Of a stretch of 64,000 nucleotides of DNA, positions 36,437 through 48,028 are shown one piece after another. Every line of letters starts with the position of its first letter. The first letter of the stretch is position 1. The stretch lies in contig QPMI01000063.1 in assembly GCA_004431415.1 (NCBI GenBank), forward strand, positions 124,001 through 188,000. The letters are read 5' to 3'. The translations under genes were made by a program, and so were the position numbers. The notes beneath the pieces were generated by a model. The model ran no database searches. It saw only the letters and a list, made by a program, of their open reading frames with translations, and was not told where the DNA came from. The stretch comes from Cyanophora paradoxa CCMP329 (taxonomy: Eukaryota; Plantae; Glaucophyta).

Positions 36437-39400
36437 ATGCAAGCGCAGCGTGGCATGCAGCGCAGCCGGAACAGCATGGCATTCAAGCTGACGGCCGGCC
36501 TGCTCTCGACGTTCCGCGCGATCTCATACGCATACAGCGCCCGCCACAAGCGCCGCAGCGGCCTATCTCCCCGCAAGCGGATCGACGGGTTCGTGCCCGC
36601 TGCGCTGCCTGCGCATGGGCCAACGCTCCCGCTCTCCCCGGCCCGCGCGGCGCGCGGCCACCAGCGCCGCGCTTCATCCCTCCGCGCTGCGTTCTGTCAC
36701 TCGCTATCAAAGAGCGGCGGGCCGCGCGCTTCCGCCCGCGCCGCGCCGGCGCCGCGCGGCGCCGCTAGCTCTCGGCGCCGGGAAGAGGCGGCCGCGTCCG
36801 TCCAAGGGCCCCGCGGCTGACACCCGCGGCGGCAGGTCGCCGGAGGAGGTGCCCCTCTTCGCGGAGGGCTCGTACCTCGGCTCCCGCTTCGTCCTCATAA
36901 AGATGCTCGGCTCCGGCTCCTTCGGGCAGGCGCGCCCGGCCCGGCCGGCCCCGCGCGAGCCCCCACTGATCGACGCGCGCTGATCCTCGATCTCCTCCCG
37001 CCCGCCTCCGCTCGCGCAGGTCTACAAGGTGGGCGGGAGCCCCCGGCGTCTCGTTCCCGCCCGCTTCAGCCCACTGACCGTCTTCCCCCGCCTCTACTGC
37101 TTTCGCGCGGCGTACCCCCGCAGGCCTACGATAAACGCCTTGATCGACTCGTGGCTCTGAAGATCATCAAGGACGCCACGCGGTGCGGGCGGACTTAGAC
37201 CACGCGCCCCGTACCCCCGGCCCGACTCCCCCCCCCCGGGGTACGGCAGCTTCGACTTCCAGACCCGAAACGAGCTCGAGGTCCTCAGGCTCCTCCAGAG
37301 CCCCGGCTTCTCCGCGCCCCCGTCCATCGGTCCGACGTACCCCTTCCCTTCTCACCCCCCCCGGCTCTGATCGCGTACCCCCCGGTCCGCAGTGAAGCTG
37401 CTGGACCAGGTGCAGGAGGGCCAGCACGCGGTCTTCGTCTTCGAGCTCCTCTCGCAATCCCTGTACTCCCTCCTCCGCTCCTGCTCCTTCCGCGGCGTCG
37501 GCCTACCCCTCGTCCGCCGCGTCGCCGCCCAGGTCCCTATCCAGTACCCCTCCTCCCTTCCCCCCGACCGTTGATAGCATACCCCTCGACCCCGCAGCTC
37601 CTTCGGGTCCTCTGCTTCCTCGCCCAGCCGTGAGTCTCGGCTTACGTACCCCCCCCCCCCGCCCCCCCCCCCAGTCTTGCCGACCCTGCACCCGCAGACA
37701 AGTCGACATCATCCACTGCGATATGTGCGCTGCTTCCGACCCCAAAGCGCGCCCCGCCCCGCCCCGCCCGCCTGACAGGCCCCGCAGAAAGGTCCCACGC
37801 GCCCGGCGCCGCGGGCCGGGGGCGCCCGCCCGCGCCCCGGACCTCGAAACCTGGCGTACCCCCCGCGCAGCCCGAGAACGTTCTGCTGGTGGACTCGAAG
37901 CGGTCCGAGGTGCGCCTCTACCCTTATTTGATTCGCTCAGCCTACCCCTCCGCTCAGGTGAAGCTGGCGGACTGGGGCAGCGCCTGCCACTCCTCCCATA
38001 CCCCCTTCGCCTACATCCAAGCGCGCTTACCCCCCTTACCCCCAACCCCCCTTCATCTCAGTCCCCCTTAATTCTCCCCCCGCAGAGCCGCTTCTACAGG
38101 GCCCCGGAGGCGCGCCGGGCCGCACCCCTCGCTCCGTCCCCCCTCCGAGCGCCGCCTCCCCGATCGGCGTACCCCCCCTCAGGTGATCCTGGGGGTGCCC
38201 TACACGCGCGCCATCGACATGTGGTCCCTCGGCTGCACCATCGTGCCCCCCCCTTTCCCCCTCCCCTTTCTCCCCCTCCTCTTAACTTCCCCCCCCCCCC
38301 CCCCCAGGCGGAGCTGCACGCGGGGGCGCCGCTCTTCGACGGGCGCAACGAGTTCGAGCAGATCTGCAAGATCGTCGAGGTACGGTACCCCCCTGCCCCC
38401 TAGAACCGGCTTAGATCCCCCGGCGCCCCTTCATCGACCCCCCTCCCTCCACCCCCGCCCTCCTCTCCCTCCCCGACTCTGACGCGGCGGGGCCGGGCCG
38501 GGGCGGCGGCGGTCAGGTGCTGGGCATGCCGGCCGAGGGGCTCCTCCTCCGCGGCTCAAGGCCCGCCCCCTCCCCACCCCTTCCCCCCCCCCCCCCCCCC
38601 CCCCCAACGCCCGGGCGCGCAGTCGCGCTCGTTCTTCGGAGGCCTCTCCTTCGGGCGCCCGCGCCTCCGCTACTGCCCCTCCCTCGGGCCCCGCCCCGTG
38701 GCCCGCCCCTGCCACCGTCCACGCCCCTTACCCTCTGATGTACGGGTCGGACGGCGCGCTCGCAGGTGCCGCAGGGGCGGCCCCTCGCCTCCGTGCTCGG
38801 CATCGCCACGGGGGGGCCCCGCGGCCTCTTCGCCGGCCAGCCCGGCCACTCCCAGCAGGTCCGGCCCCGTACCCGCCCCCCCCGCTCCCTCCTCCCCTCA
38901 AACGTATTCCCCCCCCCCCCCCCTCCCCGTTAGGAATACGCGGCGTTTCTGGACTTCGTGAAGCGGTGCCTCGAGCTCTCCCCGCACGCCCGCCTCACGC
39001 CCTGTGCGCCCGTACCCCCTCCCGCTTTCCCCCCCCCCTCCCCCTTCCTGCCTGCACTGACCGCGGCCTGCGCGCGCCACGGCCGCCAGTCGAGGCGCTG
39101 AGGCACCCGTTCCTCGCGGGGTTCGCGCCCGAGCGCCCGGCCGCCTCGCCGGCGCTCCCCGCGCTCCGGGCCACGCCGCCCCCGCGGGGACGGGCCGCCC
39201 CCGCCGCGCCTCGGCCTCCTCCGGCTCCTCCTCGCACGCCGACACGCCCCCCCAGCTGCTGCAGCGCGCCGCTCCCGCCCCCTCCGCCACCTCCTTCGCC
39301 GCCCGCGCCGCGCGCTGCGCGGAGGACGCGCATGCGTGCGGGTACCCCGCCGACCGTGCCGCCCCAGCGCTCGCGATCGGAGTCGGGTTCGGGGGCGCCG

Positions 39401-39574
39401 CCGCGGGGCTCGCGCTGCGCCAGGCGAACCCCTTCGGCTCCTTCATCGCCGGCTAGCGCCCGCTTTGGCTCCTTTGGCTCAGCCCCTTACCTTAGTAAGC
39501 TTCCCCCCCGCCCCGCCCCGTCCCCACCGCCCTTTCCCACCTCCATTCGCGTGATACGCCTAGTACTAGTCTAG
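36437..39574 (+). CDS. DYRK-family (DYRK1/Yak1-like) dual-specificity protein kinase; start and C-terminal end approximate
   Basis: LGSGSFGQVYK, VALKIIK, FVFELLSQSLYSLL, IIHCDIKPEN, ADWGSAC..FAYIQSRFYRAPE, AIDMWSLGC, PLFDGRNEFEQI..IVEVLGMP, EALRHPFL. N-terminal KLTAGLLSTFRAISYAY resembles the DYRK1/Yak1 pre-kinase helix. Confidence 0.92.
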
Positions 39575-40016
39575 AACCACTTCGCCGAAAGCTTCGATTC
39601 GGATTTTGAATTGGGGTACCCGGCGGCGGCTCACTGTATATGCAACATGTACAGTACTAGTTGTTGGGCGCGCGCAAGGGCCGCGGCCGTGGCCCCGGCC
39701 GGATCCGGAGGCATGCATATGTACGAAATGTACATGCATGCATATGCAGCTGCGCATGCAGAATGATGCATTGTACATGTCATGCACACGATTCACGTGC
39801 ACATGATTAACAGTGCCTCCGTCTCGTGGCGCCCTTTTCCCCCACGTGCACCCACGTTCAACCCGCCGACGTCGACTCGTATTTAAGCCTCGGGCTTCGC
39901 CGGAACCCCCCCGATCGGTTCCGCAGCTTCGACGGGACCCCCCGGGGGTCACAATCAGCGCGCTGCCCGAAGGGACCGCAGGGGCCGACGTCCACGCGGC
40001 CCAGCGGGCCGGCCCG

Positions 40017-43000
40017 TCAGCCGGCGGCGGCGCTGAGCTCCTCCTCGCCCTCGCCCCATGCCTCGCCCCCGCCCTCGCCCCCGGCGGCAGCGGCCATCTC
40101 CAGCGCCGTCACGTCCTCCAGCGTGATCTGCCCCGCCGCGAGCCGTGAGAGAGCGACATTGCGCGAACGGACGGGGGCTCTAGGCCGAGCTGCCCGGCTG
40201 TGCGGAGGCGACATCGCATTGCGCGAACGGACGGGGGCTATGGGCCGGGGCGGGCGCACGAGGTCGGCGCGGGGGTCGGCGGCCGCGACGCGCACGAGGA
40301 TCCGCTCGCCCAGCGCCGCCTGCCGCGCGATCCGCATGCTGCCCCCGCGCCCGCGCCCGATCAGATCGTATCATATCAGATCTGATCCGATCAGATCGGA
40401 TCTGACCTGAACTCGAGGCCGAGGTCCTCGAGGATGACGGAGGCGACGGGGCCGCCCTCGCGCACCCACCGCAGCACCACCGCCGAGTGCACCTTCTCCG
40501 CCCCTGCGCACGCCCCGAGCGGCGTGAGCCACCGCCGAGTGCACGTTCAAGGCGGGGCGGGCCGGCTGACCCTCGCGGCGGAGGTACTCGAGGGCCCAGT
40601 AGCGGTTCGTGGCGCGCTCCACCGACGAGGCCTCCCCCTGCGAAGGGGAAGGCGGAGGGTTTGAAGGGGCGGAGTTGGCGGAGGGGGCGGGGCGGGGCGG
40701 ACGGAGGAGACGGCGGCGGCGGCGATGGCGTTCCGCATCTCGTCCCCCGTCAGCGGCGGCTCCCGCCCCTACACACGCAGAACCAGCAGTCAGCGGGGAG
40801 GGCCGAGGCGGGAGGGCCTCGGGGGCGGAGGCACCAGGATGTGTGCCTTGAGCTGGTAGTGGACGAGTAGGTCGCCGTAGCGCCGGATGGGCGACGTGCA
40901 CTGCACGTAGCACTCCAGCCCCAGCGACGCGTGCCGCTGCCGGAAGCCGGGGGTGAGCGCACTGGGCAGAGAAGCCGAAGGGGGCGGGAGGACCTGGGGG
41001 TGCAGGGTGACGCCCGACTTGGGCATGCAGCGCCGCACCGCCGCCCCCCGCACCTGCGCAGACGGCGGGGCGCTCAGGGTGGGCAGGAGGGGGCGGCGCG
41101 CGGGGCGCGGGGCGCGCCCAGGGGTGCCCGAGGGCGTCGAGGGCCTCGTCGCTGGGCAGCTCAGGCTGCGGCTGCGCGCGCGGCCCGAGGTCACGCGGGA
41201 CGGCATGGAAGCGAGGCCTGGGCGGGGGCACCTGGTGGCGGTAGGGGAGGGGGATGGCGTGGCGGGCGCCGTAGCGGCCGGCGAGCTCCCCGCACGCGAT
41301 CATCATCTCCGCCACCAGCTGCCCCCGCCCTCAGCGAGAGGAAGGGGGGGAGGGGCGGGGAGGGGGTACGCGCGCCTGGCGGGCCTCGCCGATCTCGAGG
41401 ACCTCGCACGTGACCTGCGCCGCCCGCCCGCCCGGGCCGGGCCGGTCAGAGAGGGCCGGCGCCGCCGCGGGAGCCGCCAGCAGATCTAAGCAAGCTCCGT
41501 CGCCCGCCCGGCGCACCTCCATCTCGTCGCCCTCGCCGCGGACGGCGACGCGCCCCTCCGGCATCCCGATCGTCACCGCGCCCCGCCCCTGCACCCGCGC
41601 CCGCCCGCCCCGCCGCCTCAGCGGTTCCCTCGGGCGGGGCGGGGCGGGCGGACCTCGCGCCAGCGCTGGCGGAGGCGCGCGGCGTCGGCGAGCGCCTGCA
41701 GGTCCTCTGCGGCACCGCCGGCGCCGGCATCGGTCAGCTTCGGGATCGACGGAAGGGTTCGGGATCGAAGGAAGGGTTCGGGATCGAAGAAAGGAGGGCG
41801 GGGCACCCTCGGCGGCGAGCTCGAGGGCCTCCTCGACGTCCTCGTACGTGAAGCGCGTCGCCGGCCGCACCCGCGTCACACGGATCTGAGAAGGAGAAGG
41901 GCAGAGCTCAGAAGGGCGAAGAACGGGGGGAGGACGGCGGGCTGGGGGCGCCTCGTAGTCGTCGGCGATGGCGCCGTCCTCCTCCAGCGTGAACGCGAAC
42001 GAGAGCGCCTCGCACACCTGGGGCCGGCGGAGAGGCGGGGCGGGGCGCTGTTGGGCGGGGCCAAGAGGAGGAGGAGGGCGGGCAGGGCGGGCGGGCCTGG
42101 TTGGCCCGAAGAGACATGCAGCCCGTCGCCAGCTCGTACGGGAACATCGGGATCGGGCCCTACCGAAAGAGGGGGGAGGGGGGAGGGCCAGTGAGGGAGG
42201 GGTACGGCGGCCTGATAGGTGCAGGGAGGGGTTCGGACCGTGGGGAGGTACACCGTCGTCGCCCGCCTCCTCGCCTGCGCGGCGACGGGGTACGTCGAGA
42301 GAGGCGGGGGGGGGGCGAGGGGGAGGGGGGCACCTCGACGTCGAGGGGGTCGCCGAGGCGTACCCAGCGGCTCGGGTCGGCGATGTGCACCCAGATGCGG
42401 AAGCGCCCGCCCTCCAGCCTCTGCGCACGACGGGCCCGCCGCCTTCAGGCCCACGCTCGCTACGCTCAGCTCTGCGGGCGGACCTCTATGCTCAGGCCGT
42501 CGTCGATCTCCTCCGTCTCCGCGTCGTCCACCGTGAAGACCTGCGCCCAGCTCGAGTCGGGCCGGGCCGGGCCGGGGGCGTGGGCGAGGGGGGGTACGCG
42601 TGCGCACGCGGTGGTGGGTGAGGTCGAGGCGCTCGGCGGCCGCCTCGTCGGGTACCCCCTCCTCCGTGAACGAGCCCAGGGGCGGGATCGAATCCGGGAA
42701 CGACGTCGGGATGCCCTGCGAGGGTATTGAGGCGAGGTAGGGGAGGAGGAAGTGCCGGGGGGTACGGCGCACGGCCTTGCGGAGGGCGATGTTCTCGTGG
42801 GGGGACCAGAGGCCGGCCCGCACCAGCGTCTCGAAGGCGGCCGACTGCACGGGGGGCCGCCCCACCGCGTGCAGCACCTGCGCGGGCGTTGAGGGGTAGG
42901 CGGAAGCGAGGGGGGTACAGGCGGGGCGGCACCTCGAGGCTCCGGCTCCGGGCCGCGCCGGCGTCCTCGCCGAACATCGCGAACCTGGAGGGGGGGGTGG

Positions 43001-44219
43001 GGAGCTGGATCGTGTACTCCGGCGGGGCCGGGCGCCGGCGCCGGCGCGCGCGCACTCTTCCATCCAGGAGAGGCGCTGGCGATCCTCGTCGGACCAGTGG
43101 GAGGCGGGGACGGCGCCCTCCGCCTCGAACGCCGCCCGCAGCTTCCCCACGAACGACTCGAACTCGAGCGCCCGCGACGCCTCCGCCGCCGCCACCGTCC
43201 GCAGCTCCTCCACCAGCGCCGGCGCCCGCACCTCGTACTGCGTCCCCACCTGCCCCCCTTGAGAAAGAAAGGAAAGGAGAGAAAAAGGAAAGGAAAGGAA
43301 AGGAAGGAACCTTTGCCTTGAAGAAGAAGCGGTCCTCCTGGAGGAGGCTGTGGACGGCGTAGAGCTCGTGGGGGCCCGTGGAGGAGAAGATGAGCTCCGC
43401 CAGCTCCGCCACCTCGACCACCGCGCCGCCCGCGCCCGCCCCGCCGTCCGTGAGGTAGTCCCACGCAAGCTCCAGCGCCGCGCTCCCCTCCGCCTCGCCC
43501 AGCTCCCGCGCCTGCGCCGCCGCGCCGGCGCCGGTCAGGGGCGCTTCCGGGCGGGCGGGCGGGCGGGCGCGGCCGGTCGCCGCGGGGGAGCCGCGCGCCT
43601 TACTCGCGAACGGGGCGACGTCGGCCGGCTTGAGGCCCGCGCAGCCGGGCGGGATGAAGGAGATCTGCTTGGGGTGCACCGAGGCCGCCTTGCCGGCGCC
43701 GTCGGCGATGAACCAGTTGCGCTTGCCGTCCTTCTTCTCGAGCACGCCGAGCTTGCGGTCTCCGGACGTGCGGTACTCCACCAGCAGCCCCGGCGCGAGG
43801 CGCACCTGTACGCGCGCCAAGGGACGTGAGATTCTTAGCCGCCAGCGCGCTGCGGCTAGCTAGGCGCCCGCAGCGGGCGGGATCGCGTTGCGCACTCCCA
43901 GGACGACGTCCTCGTCGGCCTTGTCCTTCGCCGCAGCGATCGGGGGGAGCGGGGCCGGGATCGGGCGCTGCGGCCTCGGGAGCTCGATGCGGGCCCATCC
44001 GCGCAGGTGCGGCGCGAAGACCACGCGCTGCCGGTCGGGGCGACCCGCACAGAGGTCGAACGACTGCCTCGCGGCGCCGCAGGCCCGGTTCGCCGCAGGC
44101 TGACGGCTCGAGGCCGGGCGGCCAAGCGGCTCGACGCACGCGGCGGCGGGCTGTTCCGGCTGCAACGAGGGCGCCGCGCGCGGCGCCTGGAGCGCCGCTG
44201 GCCCGCCGAAGCTCGCCAT
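40017..44219 (-). CDS. rnb: Plastid ribonuclease II/R (RNB domain), cyanobacterial/plant RNR1 type, with a transit peptide
   Basis: MASFGG.. presequence; GLLVEYRTSGDRKLGVLEKKDGKRNW; catalytic VFTVDDAETEEIDDGLS; WVHIADPSRW; ARRRATTVYLPT..PMFP; LVAEMMI; HASLGLECYVQCTSPIRRYGDLLVHYQLKA; RYWALEYL. Confidence 0.93.
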
Positions 44220-44879
44220 CCCGCGCCTTCTTCTGCTTCTTCCCCCCTCGCTTCTTCCCCCCTCTCGCGCTTCCCCCTGGTTGCGCGGCGCCCAGCCTCG
44301 CCGCGCGATGGCGCAGCTCCGGCTTGCTGGTTCGGTCACAGCAAATGAACCGGGCGGCCCGCCGCTGCCCCTGGCGCTGTTCGCCGGAGGGGGCACTCAT
44401 TCGGAGCTGGCTCGACGAAGGCAGCCCGGGTGCGCGCAGCGCGGCGCGAATCCCCCGAAGCTCCGCTAAAATTGAATGGCTGCACAGTCGGCGCGCCCCG
44501 CATCCCCAGGCTGGCTGGCTCGCGGGCGCGGGCTGCGCGCGCGGCGATCCTGGAGGCAGCGCGATCATCGCGTTCGCTCCTAGCGTTGGCGCGATCATCG
44601 CGTTCGCTCCGAGCGTCGGCGGCGTCTTCAGCAACCAGCGCGCGCAAGCAAGCGCCCGATCGGCAGCTTCCCGCGCATCGCCCGCGGCCGCCGACTTGAA
44701 CCGCGGGCGGCGGCGCTCCCGGCCAGGCCCCAGCCACCCATCCATCAGCTTCGAAGCCGGCAGCGGCTTCCGCTGCGCACGATCGGCCAGCCCGCGCTGC
44801 GCGCTCGGCCCGGCCGCCGCGCTTGACCCGTGTAGAGGGCAGCGAGCGGCGATCCGCCCGGTTGCGGGCGGGGCGCTGC

Positions 44880-47800
44880 AGGCGAGCCGAAGAGTTCTCC
44901 TGTTCGGAGACCGAGTCAGAGCGCCCAGCGCCCCGCCCGTCTCACCCAGGTGCGCCCCAGCACCCTTCGTACACTGAACCCCCCTCGAGCCCCCGCGCCG
45001 CCGCCCCGCGCGCAGGGGCGAGGGCGGGTCGGGGGACTGCCTCTGCAGCTTCGCCGCGCGGCGGGCGGCCCGGGGTATCACTCTCGCCGAGTTCCTCGAG
45101 TCGAAGCGCTCCGAGTTCCGAATGGTCGCCTCCCTCGCGAACCGGGTTCGATTCCCCCCCGGCCCGTTCCGTCTCCCCGGTCCGGTTCGACTCCGGCCGC
45201 AGGCGGACTTCCGCGTGCTGGGGCGGGAGTACCCCGCCCTGCTCCGCTCCGTCGAGGCGTACCTCCTCGTATCCCTCCTCCAGCTCCGCACCGCCGCCGA
45301 CCTCGCGGTGCACCCGTACCCCCCCACCCGTGACCCGGCGCCCTCCTCGCATCATCATCTGATCCGGTACCCCCGGCCCGTCGCAGCCCCCGGGCCCGAG
45401 CTCGCGCGCGTCGCTCCGCGCGATCGAGGCCGAGCGGCACTTCTTCGAGATGCAGCTCTGCAACGCGCGTACCCCCCGCCCTTGCGGTCGTACCCCTCTA
45501 ACTTCCCTTTCGCGTTCAGGTCCGCGACCGGCGGGAGGCGGAGGTGGACGAGCTCATGCGCCTCGTAGAGGTGGGGCTGTACCCCCCCCCGGCGAGTCTT
45601 CCCCCGTTCTGAATCGGGGTACCCAGGCGGGGGAGGCGGAGGGGGACGCGGCGCTTGCGGCGCTCGCGGCCGACGCGATGGCCCTCGCCGCGCCCGTCGC
45701 CGGTTCGGATCCCCGCGGGGCCTCTTTCATCTGAGCGTCGCCCCGCGCCCACGGTCCGCAGGGGACCCGCGGGAGGAGCCGGTGCCGCAGCGGCTGCGGG
45801 CGCGCCTGAGGGACCCCACCGTCCGCTTCTGGCGGCGCAAGGGGCCCGCCGCCGCGCCCGGCATTCCCATCCTCTTCCCGGTCCGTCCGCCCCCTCCCGG
45901 GGCGGAGCGGCATCTCTTTCTTACGCTCCTTACGCCCCGCGCATGCGCAGGGCGAGGAGCCGACCCCGCCGCCGCCCGCCGCCGACGCCGAGGCGGGCCC
46001 CTCCGCCCCGGCGACTGCGGCTGCGCGGGAGGCGGAGGGGGCGCCCCTGCGGGGGGTGCCGGAGCTGGTGGAGGCGAAGCGCACCGAGCTCCAGCGCCTC
46101 GCCGCCCTCCTCGAGGGTCCGCCCCAGCCCGCCCGCCCCGCCCCCTCTAGGGCCGCGCCAGGGCCCTCTGGAGCGCATTCGCGCTTAGCGTAGAGCGGCC
46201 CGCCCCGCCCTCCTCGCCTGACGGCCGGCTGGCTGCGGGGCGCAGGGATGCGGGCGGGGGCGGGCCCCGAGGAGTACGACGCGGCGCTGCGGGGCGCCGA
46301 GGCCTACGCGGCCGTCTCCCTCCTCCAGGCCCGCCCCGCGCCTGATCCCCACTTCCCTCTCTCCCGCCGATTGTGAGGCCGCCCCGTCCCCGCGCAGATC
46401 GACGCCGTCGCCGAGGCCGTGGTACCCCCCCCCCCACCTTCCCCCCACCATCTCGACCCCCTGCCTCACGAGCCAACGCAGGCGGAGCGGCTGGGGCCGG
46501 GCCACGGGTGGGCGGGGCGCCTGCGCGGCCTCCGCGCCGCCTTCGCCGAGCACCGCGACGCCCTCCTCGTGCGCCGTACCCCCCGGCGGCCCGGGGGCCC
46601 CGTCCCCGCCGACCGCAAAGGCAATCTAGAGCCGCCGGCCCTCCCCACCCTCCGCTCCTACCCCCCTCTCTACTCCCCACCCCCCTCCCAGGAGCCGCTG
46701 CAGGCATTTTAGGCTAGACCTGGGGCCCCGCCTCTGTAGAAGGCCCCTCCCCAAGCCTCTTCCGACGCGGGCTGGGGGCCCTCCGCAGGGGCGCGAGGCC
46801 AGCGAGCGCGCCGACGTCGAGGTGCCGCACCCGTCCCCATGCACCGCCGCCCCCGCCCGACTCCGCCCTCCCCGCCCCCGCCGCAGGGTCTGATCGAGCA
46901 GGCGGAGTTCGAGGACGAGGAGTACGAGGACGAGCCGGCCCTCTGCTCCCTGGCGCACCGGCGGGGCATCCTCGGGCGGCCTCTGGCCGAGGACCCCAGG
47001 CGCGCAGTCCCGCCCCGGCCAGAGCAAAGCCGAGCCGCGCAGAGCTCGGCCCGGCTGAGCGGATGGGCCGGCAGGGAGGAGCCGGTGCCGGGGGCGATCG
47101 GGGCGCTGCTGCACGCGTGCACGGCGCGCTTCTGGGCCGGCGAGGCCCCCGCTGTCGGGCCCGAGCTCCTCGCCGCCCTCGAGGCCCGCCCCCGCCCTTG
47201 CTCTCCGCTTACTCTTTTGCTTATTCTTCGCCGCAGGCGATGCGGACGGCGGACGGGGGCGCCCCCGAGGACCCCGGCTGGCACGAGGAGGAGCCGGTGC
47301 CGCACCCCCCAGCGTTCAGAGGCCCGCACCCCTCTGACGGGGCGGCAGGCGTGCCCGGTGGAGGCGAAGAAGCGGCGGGAGGCGCGGAAGGCGGAGGTCG
47401 GGCGGGTCGCGGCGCTGGTCGAGGCGGAGGGCGCCGGGCCCCCCGAGTGCGAGCGCGTCGAGGTCCGCCCCGGCCCGCCCCGGCTCGAACCCCCCCGGGT
47501 CCCTTTCTTCATCCTGAACCCTCCCCTCGGGCAGCTCCTGCGGGGGGCGGAGGCGTACGTCGCGGTCTTCCGCATGCAGCGCCGCCCGGTGCGTTGTACC
47601 CCTCTTCCAAAGAACCCCTTGCGCTCCGCTCGGGCCGACGGCCCGCGGCGGCAGGCACGGGGGCAGGCGAGCCCAGCGGGGGGGGAGGAGGCGGAGGCTC
47701 TCCTGGCCCGGGTACACGAGCTGAAGGAGGCCGCCGACCAGAGCCTGGAGGTGCCGCACTGTACCCCTGCACCGCCGCCACGCCACCGCCCGACTCCGCG

Positions 47801-48028
47801 CCCCGCGCCCCGCCGCAGGTGCTGATCGAGCAGGCCGAGTTCGAGGACGAGGAGTACGAGGATGAGCCGGCCGTCTGCTCCCTCGCGTACAGGCGCCGCG
47901 CGCTGCGGGACCCGCTGCGCGCCGACCCGCGCGACGAGTCGCTGCCCGGGCGGCTCCGGTCTGTGCTCCTGCCCTCCACCCTCCGCTTCTGGCTGCGCGA
48001 GAGCGCCCCGGTGGGCCCCCGGCAGTGA
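44880..48028 (+). CDS. Hypothetical protein built from three diverged tandem repeat units; start not resolved
   Basis: Recurring motifs: LLRSVEAYLLVSLLQ / ALRGAEAYAAVSLLQ / LLRGAEAYVAVFRMQ; LIEQAEFEDEEYEDEPA.CSLA.RR (twice, near-identical, ~46890 and ~47820); EEPVP..TVRFW / EEPVP..TARFW / DESLP..TLRFW. Confidence 0.7.

Noticed and set aside
40150-41795. Small tandem repeats (GCGAACGGACGGGGGCT x2 at ~40163/40223, GATCA/GATCT run at 40358-40406, 19-bp TCGGGATCGAAGGAAGGGT-like x3 at 41740-41795)
   Set aside because: Ordinary intronic slippage duplications within the RNB gene, with no sign of function.
31738-44219. Bacterial contamination or an operon, suggested by bacterial-like CoADR and RNB
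   Set aside because: Both genes are interrupted by many spliceosomal introns and have presequences, so they are integrated nuclear genes.
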